Origin: Eledone cirrhosa
Taxonomy: Eukaryota
NCBI GenBank assembly: GCA_964016885.1
Contig: OZ024741.1
Span: 59,768,001 to 59,832,000, forward strand
Reading direction: 5' to 3'
Length of the DNA stretch: 64,000 nt
The position numbers and the translations under genes are program-made. The stretch's first letter is position 1; each line of letters starts with the position of its first letter. Positions 38,982-53,554 of this stretch are shown here, piece by piece. The notes beneath the pieces were generated by a model. It did no database searches and was not told the DNA's origin. It was given only the letters and a program-made list of their open reading frames with translations.

Positions 38982-41167
38982 CCGCCTGAGCAACTTCCTA
39001 GATATTCTGCTTAAACCTTTACTAAAACACATAAAAAGCTTCATAAGGGACGACATTGACATGCTCAACCACCTCCCAACAACACTTAATAATGAACATA
39101 CCTTACTAATAACCTTTGATGTCATCGATCTATATTCCAATATCCGACACAACCTAGGTATAGAGGCAATACAATTCTGCAATTCTGGCTTGAAAATTTC
39201 CCTAGTGAACTTCCACAGCGCATCCCTAAAGAATTTGTGTTGGAGGGACTCAAATTCATCTTGGAAAACAACTTCTTTGAATTCGATGCCAAATACTACA
39301 GTCAGAAATCTGGGACTGCCATGGGAAAGAAAGTAGTCCCCTCATACGCCAACCTTGTCATGGGATATTTGAAAACCACTCGCTACCGCAAAGTTCTATA
39401 CAAATACGGTAACCACTTCTACCTACACATAGAAACAAACTGGAAGAGATATCTGGACGACTGCTTCATCGGGCATGATAGTATAGAAAGACTGATTGAG
39501 TTTAAAACCCTTCTAAATGGACTCAACACAAACTTACAATTTACAATGAATTACAGTCATGAACAACCTCCTTTCCTCGAAATCCTCATCAAGAAAACAA
39601 ACAACAAAATAGAAACAGACATATACTACAAACCCACAGACTCCAAACAATATCTTCCATTTAACTCGTGCCACATCGCCATTCCAAAATGGCAATTCCT
39701 TATAATCTAGCCAGAAGGATCTGCACAATAGTTTCAGATAAATACACATGCTACACACGACTATAAGAATTAAAGAACACACTTATCAGCAGAAACTACC
39801 CACCATCCCTAATCAACAATGGATTCCAACGTGCCCTAAAATTCAACATCCGGGAAATCAGGCACCCCAAACCCAGGAATGAACCGCAACAGAAAACTCT
39901 ACCATACATCTCCACACACAACCCCCTCAACAATGTGGCATTCGACACCATCCTCCAGAACAATCCTTTACTAAAAAGAGACCCAAGAATGAACAAAATC
40001 CTCCAAACACACAACATCTTAAAGATCAAAAGACAACCTAAATCCATAAAAAACATCCTCACACAAGCCAAAATCCAACCAGCCCTCACAATGAACCCTA
40101 CAGTAAAAAATACGGAAGGCCCAACTGTGGCATATGCATAAATCTAATAGAAGGTTCAACATTCCATTTTAAACAAGGACAATATTTCACAGTTAAACAC
40201 AATTTTCCATATGCATCTGAAAACCTAATCTATGTTTTGACCTACATAGGACAGACAAAAAACAGCCTCTGACAACATATGACGGTCCATAGATGACAAA
40301 GCAAAATACAGGAATACAGAAAGATTGTTGTGAGTGAACATATCGCCAATTGTAGACCCAACCAACATCCAAACTTTAAAATTTTCCCCATTTACAAATT
40401 CATAGACAACGCTTCTTTCATCCATCGTAACAATAAGGAAACGTACGTCATTAACAAATTCCAACCTCTACTTAATGGACTAAACTTCGGACTAAATTAA
40501 AACTGAAACGAACTATGAACCAAAACCAAATTTCTATGTTCCCTAAAGATTTAACTCCCTAACACCCTACCTAAACCTTTTTCTTATATAAATGAATCCC
40601 CCCCCCCTTATTTCTCTCTCCCCTACCTGACCACCCTGAATTACATCCATATTAACTCTCTAAAAAGGGAAATCATATCGAATCCCAGACTATCATTTGC
40701 CTCAATCATGGATCAACTAAACACTCTTGCCATAATAACACATTTTGAACTGCTTATCTTCAAGAAGTATGCCTGTAAATAATATCATTTTTTCTTTCCC
40801 ATTACCTTATCATGTTCCACATTACCCCCTTTTTTTTCTTTTTTCTTTTCACTTCAAAAACCTTCTTTGTAAATAACATTATTCTTTCTTCACCATTTCC
40901 TTAAAATGTTCAACATCACCAACATTTTACACCAATACAAATTCCCCCCTTTGATAATGCATAAAATGGTGAAACAGGTAATAGACAATTATTAAATATA
41001 TAAATAAATAAATGCCATTGTTAATTAATAAATACATTAACTAATACCTTAACACTACACACAAAGTAAAATAATTTGTTTTAAACATTTTCTAACCCAG
41101 AAAAAAGAGAACAAATAAAAGGGAAAACATATATTTTTCTTCCTAATAATCGTCTTTTTCTCCCTAT

Positions 41168-41172
<5 letters not shown>
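38982..41172 (+). mobile_element. Decayed 5'-truncated Penelope-like element in (TA)n
   Basis: FDVIDLYSNI, QKSGTAMG, WKRYLDDCFI, TDIYYKPTD, NLIYVL...YIGQTK; frameshifts; AT-rich 3' region ends at (TA)n. Confidence 0.85.
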
Positions 41173-41244
<72 letters not shown>

Positions 41245-41542
41245 TTACACGGACGAAATATAATTTCATCAATCTAATAGATAGTGGTTATGCCACCACC
41301 TATTTCTGGTCTCGATATTTTACATCCACCTCACTGTCTTCCCCAGAAACACTCTTTTTTTAGCTCCGACTAAAAGTGATCGACTATTATTGGGATCATT
41401 TGCTTTGGGACAAACACATTTGATGCATACATACGCACCCACATATACACACAAACATACACGCACAAATAGACACACATACAAATACACACAGACTGAC
41501 AGACAGATACGCACACATGTATATATATATATATATATATGC

Positions 41543-41585
<43 letters not shown>

Positions 41586-41591
<6 letters not shown>

Positions 41592-42000
41592 ATTAAATAA
41601 ATGGAAAACTATATTTATAAAACCATATTTATTTCATTATATATATTTCGGGGATATCATATTAACAATATGCTATGCCTTCATCAGACAAAATACAATA
41701 TAAACACTTTTTTCACTGCTAGTGTAAACCTCTTCAAATGAAGTCGATGTTTATTACGGTATGTCGAATATATTTATCTATAAAACTGTTTATATTGTAT
41801 TTTGTCTGATGAAGGCAAAGCATATTGTATTGTTAATATGATATCCCCGAAATATATATAATGAAATAAATATGGTTTTATAAATATAGTTTTCCATTTA
41901 TTTAATATTGTAAATATACTCCAAATATTTGTCGAGTGCTTTTATATCAGTTATAAATATTTACTAGTTGTAACCCAACAATTTTAAATAAAACTTTACA
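41586..42000. mobile_element. Fold-back element (arms ~125 bp + ~88-bp tail) with hammerhead motif
   Basis: 41586-41710 is inverted at 41783-41912; tail to 42000; (TA)n on both sides. Confidence 0.8.
41798..41868 (+). ncRNA. Type-I hammerhead motif
   Basis: tattttgt-CTGATGA-agg...catatt/aatatg...ccc-GAAA-tatata-TA-atgaaata; 8-bp helix I with two G-U pairs. Confidence 0.55.
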
Positions 42001-42007
42001 TATATAT

Positions 42008-42236
42008 ATATTTATTTATTCAAATAACAGATTAAAGTTTAAGCAAAGAATCGCTGCTTTCACCCTTAACGGGATCTTCTGAAGATCCCGTTAAGGGTGA
42101 AAGCAGCGATTCTTTGCTTAAAATTTAATCTGTTATTTTAATAAATATTTGCTCTACGGTTCATATATATTTGATATATATTTATCCTTATCGAGCCCTC
42201 TTTGGATTTTCGACTTCAAATTTATTATTATTACTA
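42008..42236. mobile_element. PLE family B solo fold-back (palindrome centred at ~42080 + tail)
   Basis: Arms 42012-42079 / 42081-42148; tail is the reverse complement of 49445-49533. Confidence 0.85.
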
Positions 42237-43010
42237 TATATATATATATAAAATATGCAAGAAAGCATTTCGTTCTGTTCCTAATGAATTACGTAGCTCT
42301 GTCTTCCATGTAAAATATGAAAAATGCTCTTGAGTATAGCATGAACATCAAAACACCTTCCGTCACTTTCCTAATCTATCTACATTTATAACAAAATGTT
42401 ATGCATGTATCCACATCATTATTCTTTGTTGTTTTTTTACTCATATAGTGTAATCGGCGAATATACTCTCTCGGCGGTAACTATATTTAGACTATGCTGC
42501 CGTAAATATTACTTAAACAATATTGTGTGACAAGCAAGGTGCATTTTACGAAACTTAACAGGAGAAAAATATTTTCTGCCTTTGGCAAATATCTATACCA
42601 CCTAATACAGCAAATGTTAATGGTTAAGGGCAATATTCCTGGAAATATATTTTGGAAAATAAATAAATAAATAAATAAATAAATAAATACAGAGAAGAAT
42701 TGGAAATAGAGGAACTGTATATAAACTACAGAAAACAGTAAGAATAGAATTGTATAACTATTTAAAGAACAATGTTTAGAAGTCACGATTCACAAAATTG
42801 CAGTTGTTTTTCTTTTTGTTTCTCTACTGTGAAAGAAGCGGCATATCGGGCAAGGCTCATAGGAAAAAATAGAAAAGATATGATTCATATATCATAAAAA
42901 ATGGTAAAAATAAAATAAAAAACATTTAGCAGATCTAGTTCCATTCATTCATGGAGATTCAGTGCGACTCATATTATACTTCACATAGAATATATATATA
43001 TATATATGTG

Positions 43011-43043
<33 letters not shown>

Positions 43044-43979
43044 TTGTGTGTGTGTGTGCCTCTGTGTTTGTGTGTGTGCGTGTGTGAGTGTTTGTGTGTG
43101 TATGTATGTGTGTGTGCGTGTGTTTGTGTGTGTTTGATGTCAACTTCCATACATATCTCATTTTGCATCTTGCTATAGTTAGAGGAATGAAGAGAATAAA
43201 CCTATTCATTATATCCTCAACAGACTCACAACGTGAATTCGTTTAGTAGTAGTAACTGCATCATGCTCATGCCTATTCTTATCTATTCTGCAGAACTTAT
43301 GGAGGAAAGTACGCCATTGTTATTTCAAACTTAAGTGTATTGTTTTTATCAGAGAACTTTATATAGAAATGATATCCTATCTGTGATGAATGTTATGCTT
43401 TTTTTGTTTTGATTTTTTTTTTGTTCAGTTATTCTTTTATGCAGTGAATCATGATTCCATTATAATGAATAATAATGTGTTTTTTTCTAGTTTCGTCTCT
43501 CTTGTACATCTGAAAGCTGAATGAAATATGAAATGGATTTATAAAGCTAGCTTATTTCTGTCGTTTATTTTAATGTGATTCATGTGTGAATGGTGTCAGC
43601 AGAAGGGAGGTTAATGAAAACATATCGAACTGCAAGAGCTATGTATTAAATGCCACATATAAATTAAAGCCTTGTATTATTGCTGTATCTCCCAAACAGG
43701 TTGGAAAATTGCAACAAGCCTCATCTGTTTAAACCATCATATATACAGCTATGACTGTCGTATATCTATATTGTCTTCTGATATATATTATAGTAGAACG
43801 GTACATTGCATATAAGTACATCCTAGGTGAGCCGAGTTCATGGCTCATTTAATAACTTACTGATATGTGACCTACCATCATTTCAATTTTCATTAGCCCA
43901 CTGAAGATATTGCAGCCATTAGTAAAGAAAAGAACGCTACATACATATCTATCTATCTATGTATCTATCCATCCATCCA

Positions 43980-44104
<125 letters not shown>

Positions 44105-45025
44105 GCGTACTCAGATATTATTTGGTTTCATGTAAAATACTAAAATTACTATCCTGGAAATTATCGTAGATCGTTAAATACATGTTTATTACTCATTGTT
44201 ACTGTTATACCGTGATCTCACGCTGGTGTAGAGTTATTTGGACATACTGGCTTGCACCAGATTTAGGTTTTGTAGGACAGAACTCAGAGGGAAGGAAGCA
44301 TTTAAACAGGACGCACTAATGATTCTGTCAATTCGCCGCCATCTTGATTCAAGAGGATCACTGTGAAGTAATTCTTAGATTTTTGATAGATGCGTTTAAC
44401 GACTTTACCTTAAGTTTATATTTGGTAGTTGTTTTGAGTCTGATAACAGTAGTGTATATGACTGTTTGCATACACTGCGTGTGTGGGAGTGAGTGTGTGT
44501 GTGCTAATTTCACATGCAAACTGCTCCGTTAATCTAACAACTGGAAGGCTCATCGTTAAAACCGGGGGAGGTTCATTCTTTATCTTTGCAGGCAATTCAA
44601 CAAAACGATTCTGCAATTTTGGGTTGGTTAATAAATGTGGTGTCGAAAAAGTACTATTCATTTAATATTGAAGACGTGAACGACATTGTATGCAAGTCTC
44701 AGATGAGCGATTAATTATGTTATGCTGCCCGTCAAAGGGAGATGCACGGGAATTGACGTAATCTATTAGATGGTCGTTTGTTTTAATGAAGTTAGGATTA
44801 AGATTATTTCAGAAGCCTTTGATAATCGATTGATTATCAAAAGGAAATAAATATTCTTAAGATCAAATTATTTCTGACCGCCAATAACGTAACGTAATGA
44901 ATTGCTAATTTTATGTGATAAGAAAGTAGAAAACGTAATCGAACTAGAAGGGAAGAAAATATAGCAATATAATGGATAAAAGATTGTATGATAGATTGCG
45001 GCTTTATGATGTTCTAACTAGGAAC

Positions 45026-46012
<987 letters not shown>

Positions 46013-46649
46013 TTAATTGGAATTATTCCGCGCATATAAAATGGATGCAGCTTTCAAACGCTATAGATGTGTTACTTCAATACAACTTTGATTTGATGTA
46101 CCATTTTCTTTTCACAATTGATAGAAAATAGTTGTCGAATTACAGACTAATCACTTTGAAATGGACACACAATATTTTCCTAAGCTCGGTTAACTGTTTA
46201 TACAAACTATTTATTCTGTTATGTCTATTAGCTTTGTACGCGTTAAGCGACTGACGAGCCTATATTTAAAAAAAGGGGATATATATAGCTTTGAGATATA
46301 TTTAAATATTGATAATTTAAATATTAAATATATTTAAATACATTTAAATATTGATAACTTGAAATCTCTGTATTCTATAACTATATGAACTATATGAGGA
46401 GATAGATCTGACCAATATGTGTTTCATATATGATATAAATACATTAGAGAAAAACGTATCAGTATGTAAGGTCCCATAACTCCTGTCTGTGTTTCAAGGG
46501 CACCGTAGAGACGTACAGCCTGTTTTGGCCTGAACACTGTGGATTTATTCTAGAGAAGGAAAGAGAGGGATATAGAGAGGGGGGATTATGTGTGCGTGTG
46601 TCTGTGTATGTGTGTGATGGAGAGCAGAGAAAGAGATACAGATGAAGAA

Positions 46650-46722
46650 TAAATCCCCGTACAGGACTGATACTTCTTTATCGACTTCGAAAGGATGAAA
46701 GTCAAAGTTGACCTCAGCCGAT
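46650..46722 (-). mobile_element. SINE fragment
   Basis: tttatcgacttcgaaaggatgaaagtcaaagttgacctcagc matches the SINE core. Confidence 0.6.
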
Positions 46723-46729
46723 AAATATC

Positions 46730-47280
46730 GCAAATTATTCCATTCGATATTCATCTCCAACAACATGTGTGAAGGAAATGTTAATACACATAAACACACT
46801 CTCTTTGGGCAAATCTCCTTTAAAAACAATCAGATCTTCAAAGTTAATGCAAACATGAATTACAAAACAAAAAACCTAATTTATTATGCAACCTGCCCAC
46901 AATGTAAAGAATACTACATTGGTGAAACCGGAACAGGTCTACATTAGAGACCCCTCTGTCAGAAACACCACAAGCAGTGAACAATTCGTATCATGCGGAA
47001 AGGGAAAATTCACAATCTTCCCCTTCTATAACATACGGTCGGACAACGGACATTTCCGGAAATATATAGAAGAATTCTTCATTAGAAAGTACAAACCACT
47101 ACTGAACACAGAAAATGATATTCCATCTTCAAATAACGGTATTATCCCCCGCCCAACCACTTTTTTAAATTGCATATTGAAAAAAGAAAACTATCCAAAT
47201 AGAAGTGGATAACACCTGAACTTTCAAACATTCGATCGTTGAAGAGACCAGCCCTCGGAGGTACACTACCATTTCATTAA
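46730..47280 (+). pseudogene. PLE GIY-YIG 3' fragment
   Basis: NLIYYATCPQCKEYYIGETG; RKYIEEFFIRKYKPLLN. Confidence 0.75.
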
Positions 47281-47903
47281 TTCGCCCTTCCCTACCCCAA
47301 TGTATATGTGAACTTAAATACTTGAGTAGATGTGTATGTAAATATGCATATGTATGTATATCTGTAGGTGTACAGGTATGTTTATGCATGTGTGTATGTA
47401 TGTGTGCATGTATGTGCGTATATATAAATATATATATATACATGTATATATATATGCATATATGTGTAGATATGTGTACGTGTGTGTGTATGCAGGTGTA
47501 TATATATACATATATATCTATCTATGTAAATAGATATATATATATATGTGTGTGTATGTATAGGTATGTGGGCTGTATGTATATTTACATGTAGGGAAGT
47601 AAATATGTGAGCTAGCATGATCCTCCTCCCCCCTCCCTCCCGCCGGCCTGCTTCCCCCCAGAAACCAATATCAACAACATACATTTCTGACAAATATTCC
47701 CAAACTATCCTTATTTTTCTCTTTGCTGTCATCCCATTTTTATGAAAATATCTTACACCTCATTAACCCCACCACTACCACCCCCACCGTCAGCGGCACA
47801 CCTAAATTCATCTTTAATATAGAAAATCGTTGACGTAATTCTTTATAAATTTAAAATAGTTGATTCAGCTATGAGAAAAGAATTTGAAAAACATCCTCCA
47901 ATT

Positions 47904-48026
47904 GGTCTGAGTTCAAATCCCGCGCTAGTTAACTTTGCCTTTCATCCTTACGGGGTCGATAAAATAAAGTACCAGTAATACACTGTTGTAATTGCTGGCC
48001 GTGTACCAAAAGTATAAACAATTATA
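47904..48026 (+). mobile_element. 5'-truncated SINE of the same short-bodied subfamily as 38399-38569
   Basis: tctgagttcaaatccc...ccttacggggtcgataaaataaagtaccagtaat. Confidence 0.75.
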
Positions 48027-48469
48027 TTCATCAAAGGTTATTTATTGAAATGGAACCAACAGGAGGGCACTTTTAAAACCCATTTCTTAAACACTCCTTA
48101 GACACCCCAACACCCACTAACTGTACTCCTAATCCATTATCATGCTGTTACCATTCACTATTTTCTGTGTATATACTTTAATTCCTTTAAATCTTCATCA
48201 ACACTCCTTCACTCCGACACTCATTAAACCCCCTGACGCACCCAAATCTCTTAGAAATAGTCACACATCACAACACAACCAGATCTCAGTTTGACAATCG
48301 CCACCGACGAAAGCAAGAAAGTGAACCAGGAATCTTTAAAAATCTCCCCACCGAAGTTAACAAAGAAGTTACTAGATCTACAAAACCAAATTGTAAAATC
48401 ATAATATTATAAATTTGAATGAAATTGTTTAGAACTACAAGTAGAGTAATTATTATCCTTTATAAATAT

Positions 48470-49398
48470 ATATATTTATTAAAATAACAGATTAAAGTTT
48501 AGGCAAAGAATCGCTGCTTTCACCCTTATCGGGATCTTCTGAAACTAACAAAGTCAATCTGTAAACGCAGAACTGGATATTTCAAAAAACGTTGCAACCG
48601 GAGGAAGACAGGAAGACGATACTTTGGTTCGTGGTAACGTTCGCTGGCAAAGAAGGGGAAAAAACGAATAATACGTCATTGATAGGAGCGGTGAAAAACA
48701 ATTACGCGCAAAGACAAAACCACGTTTATGGTATAAAAGAGGTCGTAGACTAATGTTCTCTTAGGTGGTGCATAGAGGCGTTATCTGGCAATGAACGAAA
48801 AAACGAAGATAATAAGTCATATGTGGAGCGTGGAGAACAATAGCACGCAAAGACAAAACCACGTAAATGGTATAGCAGAAATAGTAGACTAAAATTCTAA
48901 CTAGGAGACCAAATAAATCTCCGCTACAGAGTTAAGAACAAAGTAAATAAATACAATACAGAAGTAATAGAAACAAATAAATACATACACGCAAACAGAT
49001 ACGTACATACACAAGCATACGCAAAACATTACCATGGGTATACAAAACCACGCACATATAAATATGTGTGTGTGTGTATGCTTGTGTACAAATAAATAAA
49101 TAATTATATAAACGTATATAAGTAAATAAATACGTATATAACAAGCGCACACGCATACCTACATATAAATACACGAATGTTCGGAGACGTAAGTCAACTA
49201 AAACAAGAAGTACACATATACACACACCCACCATACGTACGAACCTGCACACTCACGCGGACGCAAAACTCCCGTATACACATAGCCAAACCCTAAATAC
49301 CAGAATATGTAGAAATTATACGCTATAACAGTCAAATATACGTACGAGAAGGAATACATACATTCACAAAACATACGGGTAATATATACTTACCTATG

Positions 49399-49403
<5 letters not shown>
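48470..49403 (-). mobile_element. PLE family B pLTR/3'UTR copy
   Basis: Direct repeat of 49534-50474. Confidence 0.85.
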
Positions 49404-49444
<41 letters not shown>

Positions 49445-49449
<5 letters not shown>

Positions 49450-52400
49450 ATAATAATAAATTTGAAGACTAAAATCCAAAGAGGGCTCGATAAGGATAAA
49501 TATATATCAAATATATAAGAACCGTAGAGCAAATATTTATTAAAATAACAGATTAATGTTTAAGCAAAGAATCGCTGCTTTCACCCTTAACGGGATCTTC
49601 TGAAACTAACAAAGTCAATCTGTAAACGCAGAAGTGGATATTTCAAAAAACGTTGCAACCGGAGGAAGACAGGAAGACGATACTTTGGTTCGTGGAAACG
49701 TTCGCTGGCAAAGAACGGGAAAAAACGAATATAATACGTCATTAATAGGAGCGGTGAAAAACAATTACGCGCAAAGACAGAACCACGTTTATGGTATAAA
49801 AGAGGTCGTAGACCAATGTTCTCTTAGGTGGTTCATAGAGACGTTCTCTGGCAAAGAACGAGAAAAACGAAGATAATACGTCATATGTAGAGCGTGGAGA
49901 ACAATAGCACGCAAAGACAAAACCACGTAAATGATATAGCAGAAGTCGTAGACTAAAATTCTAACTAGGAGACCGAATGAATCTCCGCTACAGAGTTAAG
50001 AACAAAGTAAATAAATACAATACAGACGTAATAGAAATAAATAAATACATACACGCAAACAAATACGTACATACACAAGCATACGCAAAACACTTACCAT
50101 AGGTATACAAAACCACGCACATATAATATGTGTGTGTGTGTGTATGCGTGTATACAAATAAATAAATAATAATATAAACGTATATAAATCAATAAATACG
50201 TATATAACAAGCGCACACACATACCTACATGTAAATACACGAATATTCGGAGACGTAAGTCAACCAAAACATGAAGTACACATATACACACACCCTACAT
50301 ACGTACGAACCAGCATACTCACACAGACGCAAAACTCCCGTATACACAAAGCCAAACCATATGTACCGAAATATATAAAATTATACGCCATAACATAAAC
50401 AATCAAATATACGTACGAGAAGGTATACGTACCTTCACAAAACATACGGGTAATATATACTTACCTATGCAAATAAGTAATGGTATAAAGACAACATATA
50501 CTTAGCTCCCACATCAAGACGTAAAATATCCACGTATAGATCGTACTATCCGTTAGGGTATAACGTGGGGCTGTAATACAGGAAAGTTTTGTGCAATTTA
50601 TGTTTACAAGCCGAAATTGCCTCAGATTTTTTGTTTAAGATGTGGTCTGTGGCATAGAGTATTTCCAGGGCCTCAGCGGCGCAGAGGTCACATGGTCTTT
50701 TATTTCCGTTATACGATCTAGCCCTAGCTAGGATACCCCAGTGTAACTTATATTGGGTGTGGTTGTCTTTTAGACTCCAGATATAAGCTGAAAGTGACGT
50801 CATATTTCTTCTTAGAGGGTAACGAAAAGAATGGGTATGCATGTAAAGACGATGCTTGAATCTATTGGCGGTTAACCCTATGTAGGCCCTACGGGACGTG
50901 GGTGTTACAACCTTACATTTGTAGACAATGTTACTAGAGAGGCATTTCCCGGATAGGGGCAATCAACCCGATTCCTACAATTACAGTTAGTACTAACTAC
51001 AGGGTTGCACGTGTTCCTACGGCTAGGTAGTTTAGCTAAATTTGAAGCTGTGATGTTATGTGCAAAGTTAGAAGTCGTAGAGTAAGAAATTTTAATAGTA
51101 TTTCTATTAAAAATGTTACTATATTTATGTGTAGGGTGAAAATGCTTCGTAATAAGGGAAAGAAAGATCTTAGCTAATGGTGTGGCCACCTCCATATTAT
51201 ATGGTGGGTTATACCAACAAATGGGACGGGATCTATTTCTTCTAGGTCTATTTTCGTACTCTGTATATGCTACCTTATCGACAAATCCACTTCGAGCAAG
51301 AGCTTCATTGTAATAAGTGGAATGGTCGTTGAAAATACGCTCGTTGGTGGAAAGACGGGAACCCTCAACGAAACGTTTCTTACCAGGTTCTTGGTTATGC
51401 TGGCAGGATGGTTGGAATGCTTACTTATGTAATTAAGCGTATCATTCGGCTTTCTATACGGGTAATACAACCCATTCAATAAATTGAGGGTAACGTCGAG
51501 GTAATTAACGACCGAGAGATTGGCCTCAACCTGTATAGAGAGGTTGAAGCCTTTAAAGAAGGCTGTGAGTTCTTTTCTGAACCTGTCGCAAGCACGAGTT
51601 CCGCACTTAGGCATGGTCAAAAGACCATCGTCACGGTACAAACCACCGCCCGCGTTGGGGAATTCATCCATGATAGAGAAAAGAAGGAAAAGGCCGATAA
51701 GATCAGTAACCTCCGCAGAATCACTGGCGTCCATATTCACGTCGAATGGGGTACTATTGGATTGTTTAATCCAAATAGAGTCGTCGAAATTAATCACCGA
51801 CTTTCGAGCATTGAGGATGACATCAACTTCGAAATCCTTAACCACTGTGAGTGTTTTAGCGAAATTGATAGCTCTAAAAGTGGTAAAGTGATGGATGAGT
51901 AGTAATTGTTGATGTCAAATTGGATAAAACGGCAATGTTCCTTGTTACATATGCCGTTGAACCAATCAATCACCGCGAAAGAATTGTTCCACAGTGCAAG
52001 AGGGGCCAAACTTCTAATTTCAGGTATAATTCTATCAAGAATCGTTTTACTAAGTCTGCCTAAGTCGGACTTCGTAGGGTTAATAAGCTGAATAGAGGGG
52101 TTGTTCGGAAAATTGGATTTGTGATCCTTCAGGGTAAAGTGGGGAGAAATAGGGTCCAGAGGTTCGGTCCGGTCCAGGATGTTGAGATCAGATGTGATTT
52201 TAAACCCAGCATCGTTGATTTCATTGATGACGCACCGATTAGTTTTACGGTAATCCTTAGTTACAGCATTATGTAGTAGTTGATGGCAAGTACTGCGCTC
52301 CTCTTGATATAGGTTGCCAGTTTTGTCGGAATGGACGTGCACGGCATTAGAATCCTTAATAGAACGAATTCTATTCTTCAGGTCTTTCTGGAAGGAATTG

Positions 52401-53512
52401 CTCCTATTCCGAAATTTGATACTCCGAATGAGTTCGAAGACATCATTTTCGAAGGGTAGCAATGCTGGGTTACACGGGGGGCTATTATAGCTTTAAATCC
52501 AAATTTATCCTGTTTGTTGTCTGCTTTTCGCGGATTATCGAAATAAAAGGCATGCCAACGCAACCTTTTAATGAACGCATCTTTTTTCTGTATCAGGAGT
52601 TTTAGATATGTTTACCTGCTTGGTACGGGTATGTTCTTTGTAGAAATATTCAGATGTTGTTTCTGCATTATGAATATAAGTCAGTAGAGTGCTCAAGCGA
52701 GGGAGCCAAAAAGTAATAATAATAAATTTGAAGACTAAAATCCAAAGAGGGCTCGATAAGGATAGCCCTAGCTAGGATCTGCCAGTGTAACTTATATTGG
52801 GTGTGGTTGTCTTTTAGACTCCAGATATAAGCTGTAAGTGACGTCATATTCCTTCTTAGAGGGTAACGAAAAGAATGGGTATGCATGTAAAGACGCTGCT
52901 TGAATCTATTGGCGGTTAACCCTATGTAGGCCCTACTTGGTTTTGTATACGTATGATAAGTGTTTTGCGTATGCTTGTGTATGTACGTATTTGTTTGCGT
53001 GTATGTATTTATTTATTTCTATTACTTCTGTATTGTATTTATTTACTTTGTTCTTAACTCTGTAGCGGAGATTCATTTGGTCTCCTAGTTAGAATTTTAG
53101 TCTACGACTTCTGCTATACCATTTACGTGGTTTTGTCTTTGCGTGCTATTGTTCTCCACGCTCCACAAATGACGTATTATCTTCGTTTTTTTCGTTCATT
53201 GCCAGAGAACGTCTCTATGAACCACCTAAGAAAACATTGGTCTACGACCTCTTTTATACCATAAACGTGGTTCTGTCTTTGCGCGTAATTGTTTTTCACC
53301 GCTCCTATTAATGACGTATTATATTCGTTTTTTCCCGTTCTTTGCCAGCGAACGTTTCCACGAACCAAAGTATCGTCTTCCTGTCTTCCTCCGGTTGCAA
53401 CGTTTTTTGAAATATCCATTTCTGCGTTTACAAATTAACTTTGTTAGTTTCAGAAGATCCCGTTAAGGGTGAAAGCAGCGATTCTTTGCTTAAACTTTAA
53501 TCTGTTATTTTA

Positions 53513-53519
<7 letters not shown>
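49445..53519 (-). mobile_element. PLE family B, full-length decayed element with partial upstream tandem copy and inverted pLTR
   Basis: Tail 49445-49533, 3'UTR/pLTR to 50545, ORF 52668-50546, tail + GIY-YIG fragment 52710-52936, inverted pLTR 52937-53519. Confidence 0.88.
50546..52668 (-). pseudogene. PLE RT + GIY-YIG ORF with frameshifts/stops
   Basis: ATG at 52668 (MQKQHLNISTKNIPVP), LKDHKSNF, QFDINNYYSSI, GLYRDDGL, NIVYKCKV...YIGLTANRFKHR. Confidence 0.88.

Positions 53520-53551
<32 letters not shown>

Positions 53552-53554
<3 letters not shown>

Noticed and set aside
40945-40985. Hammerhead in the 39-41 kb PLE pLTR
   Set aside because: Core reads ttgataa with weak helices; too decayed to call
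44416-44661. 81-aa ORF in unique sequence as a host exon
   Set aside because: No recognisable domain, supporting splice structure or neighbouring exons
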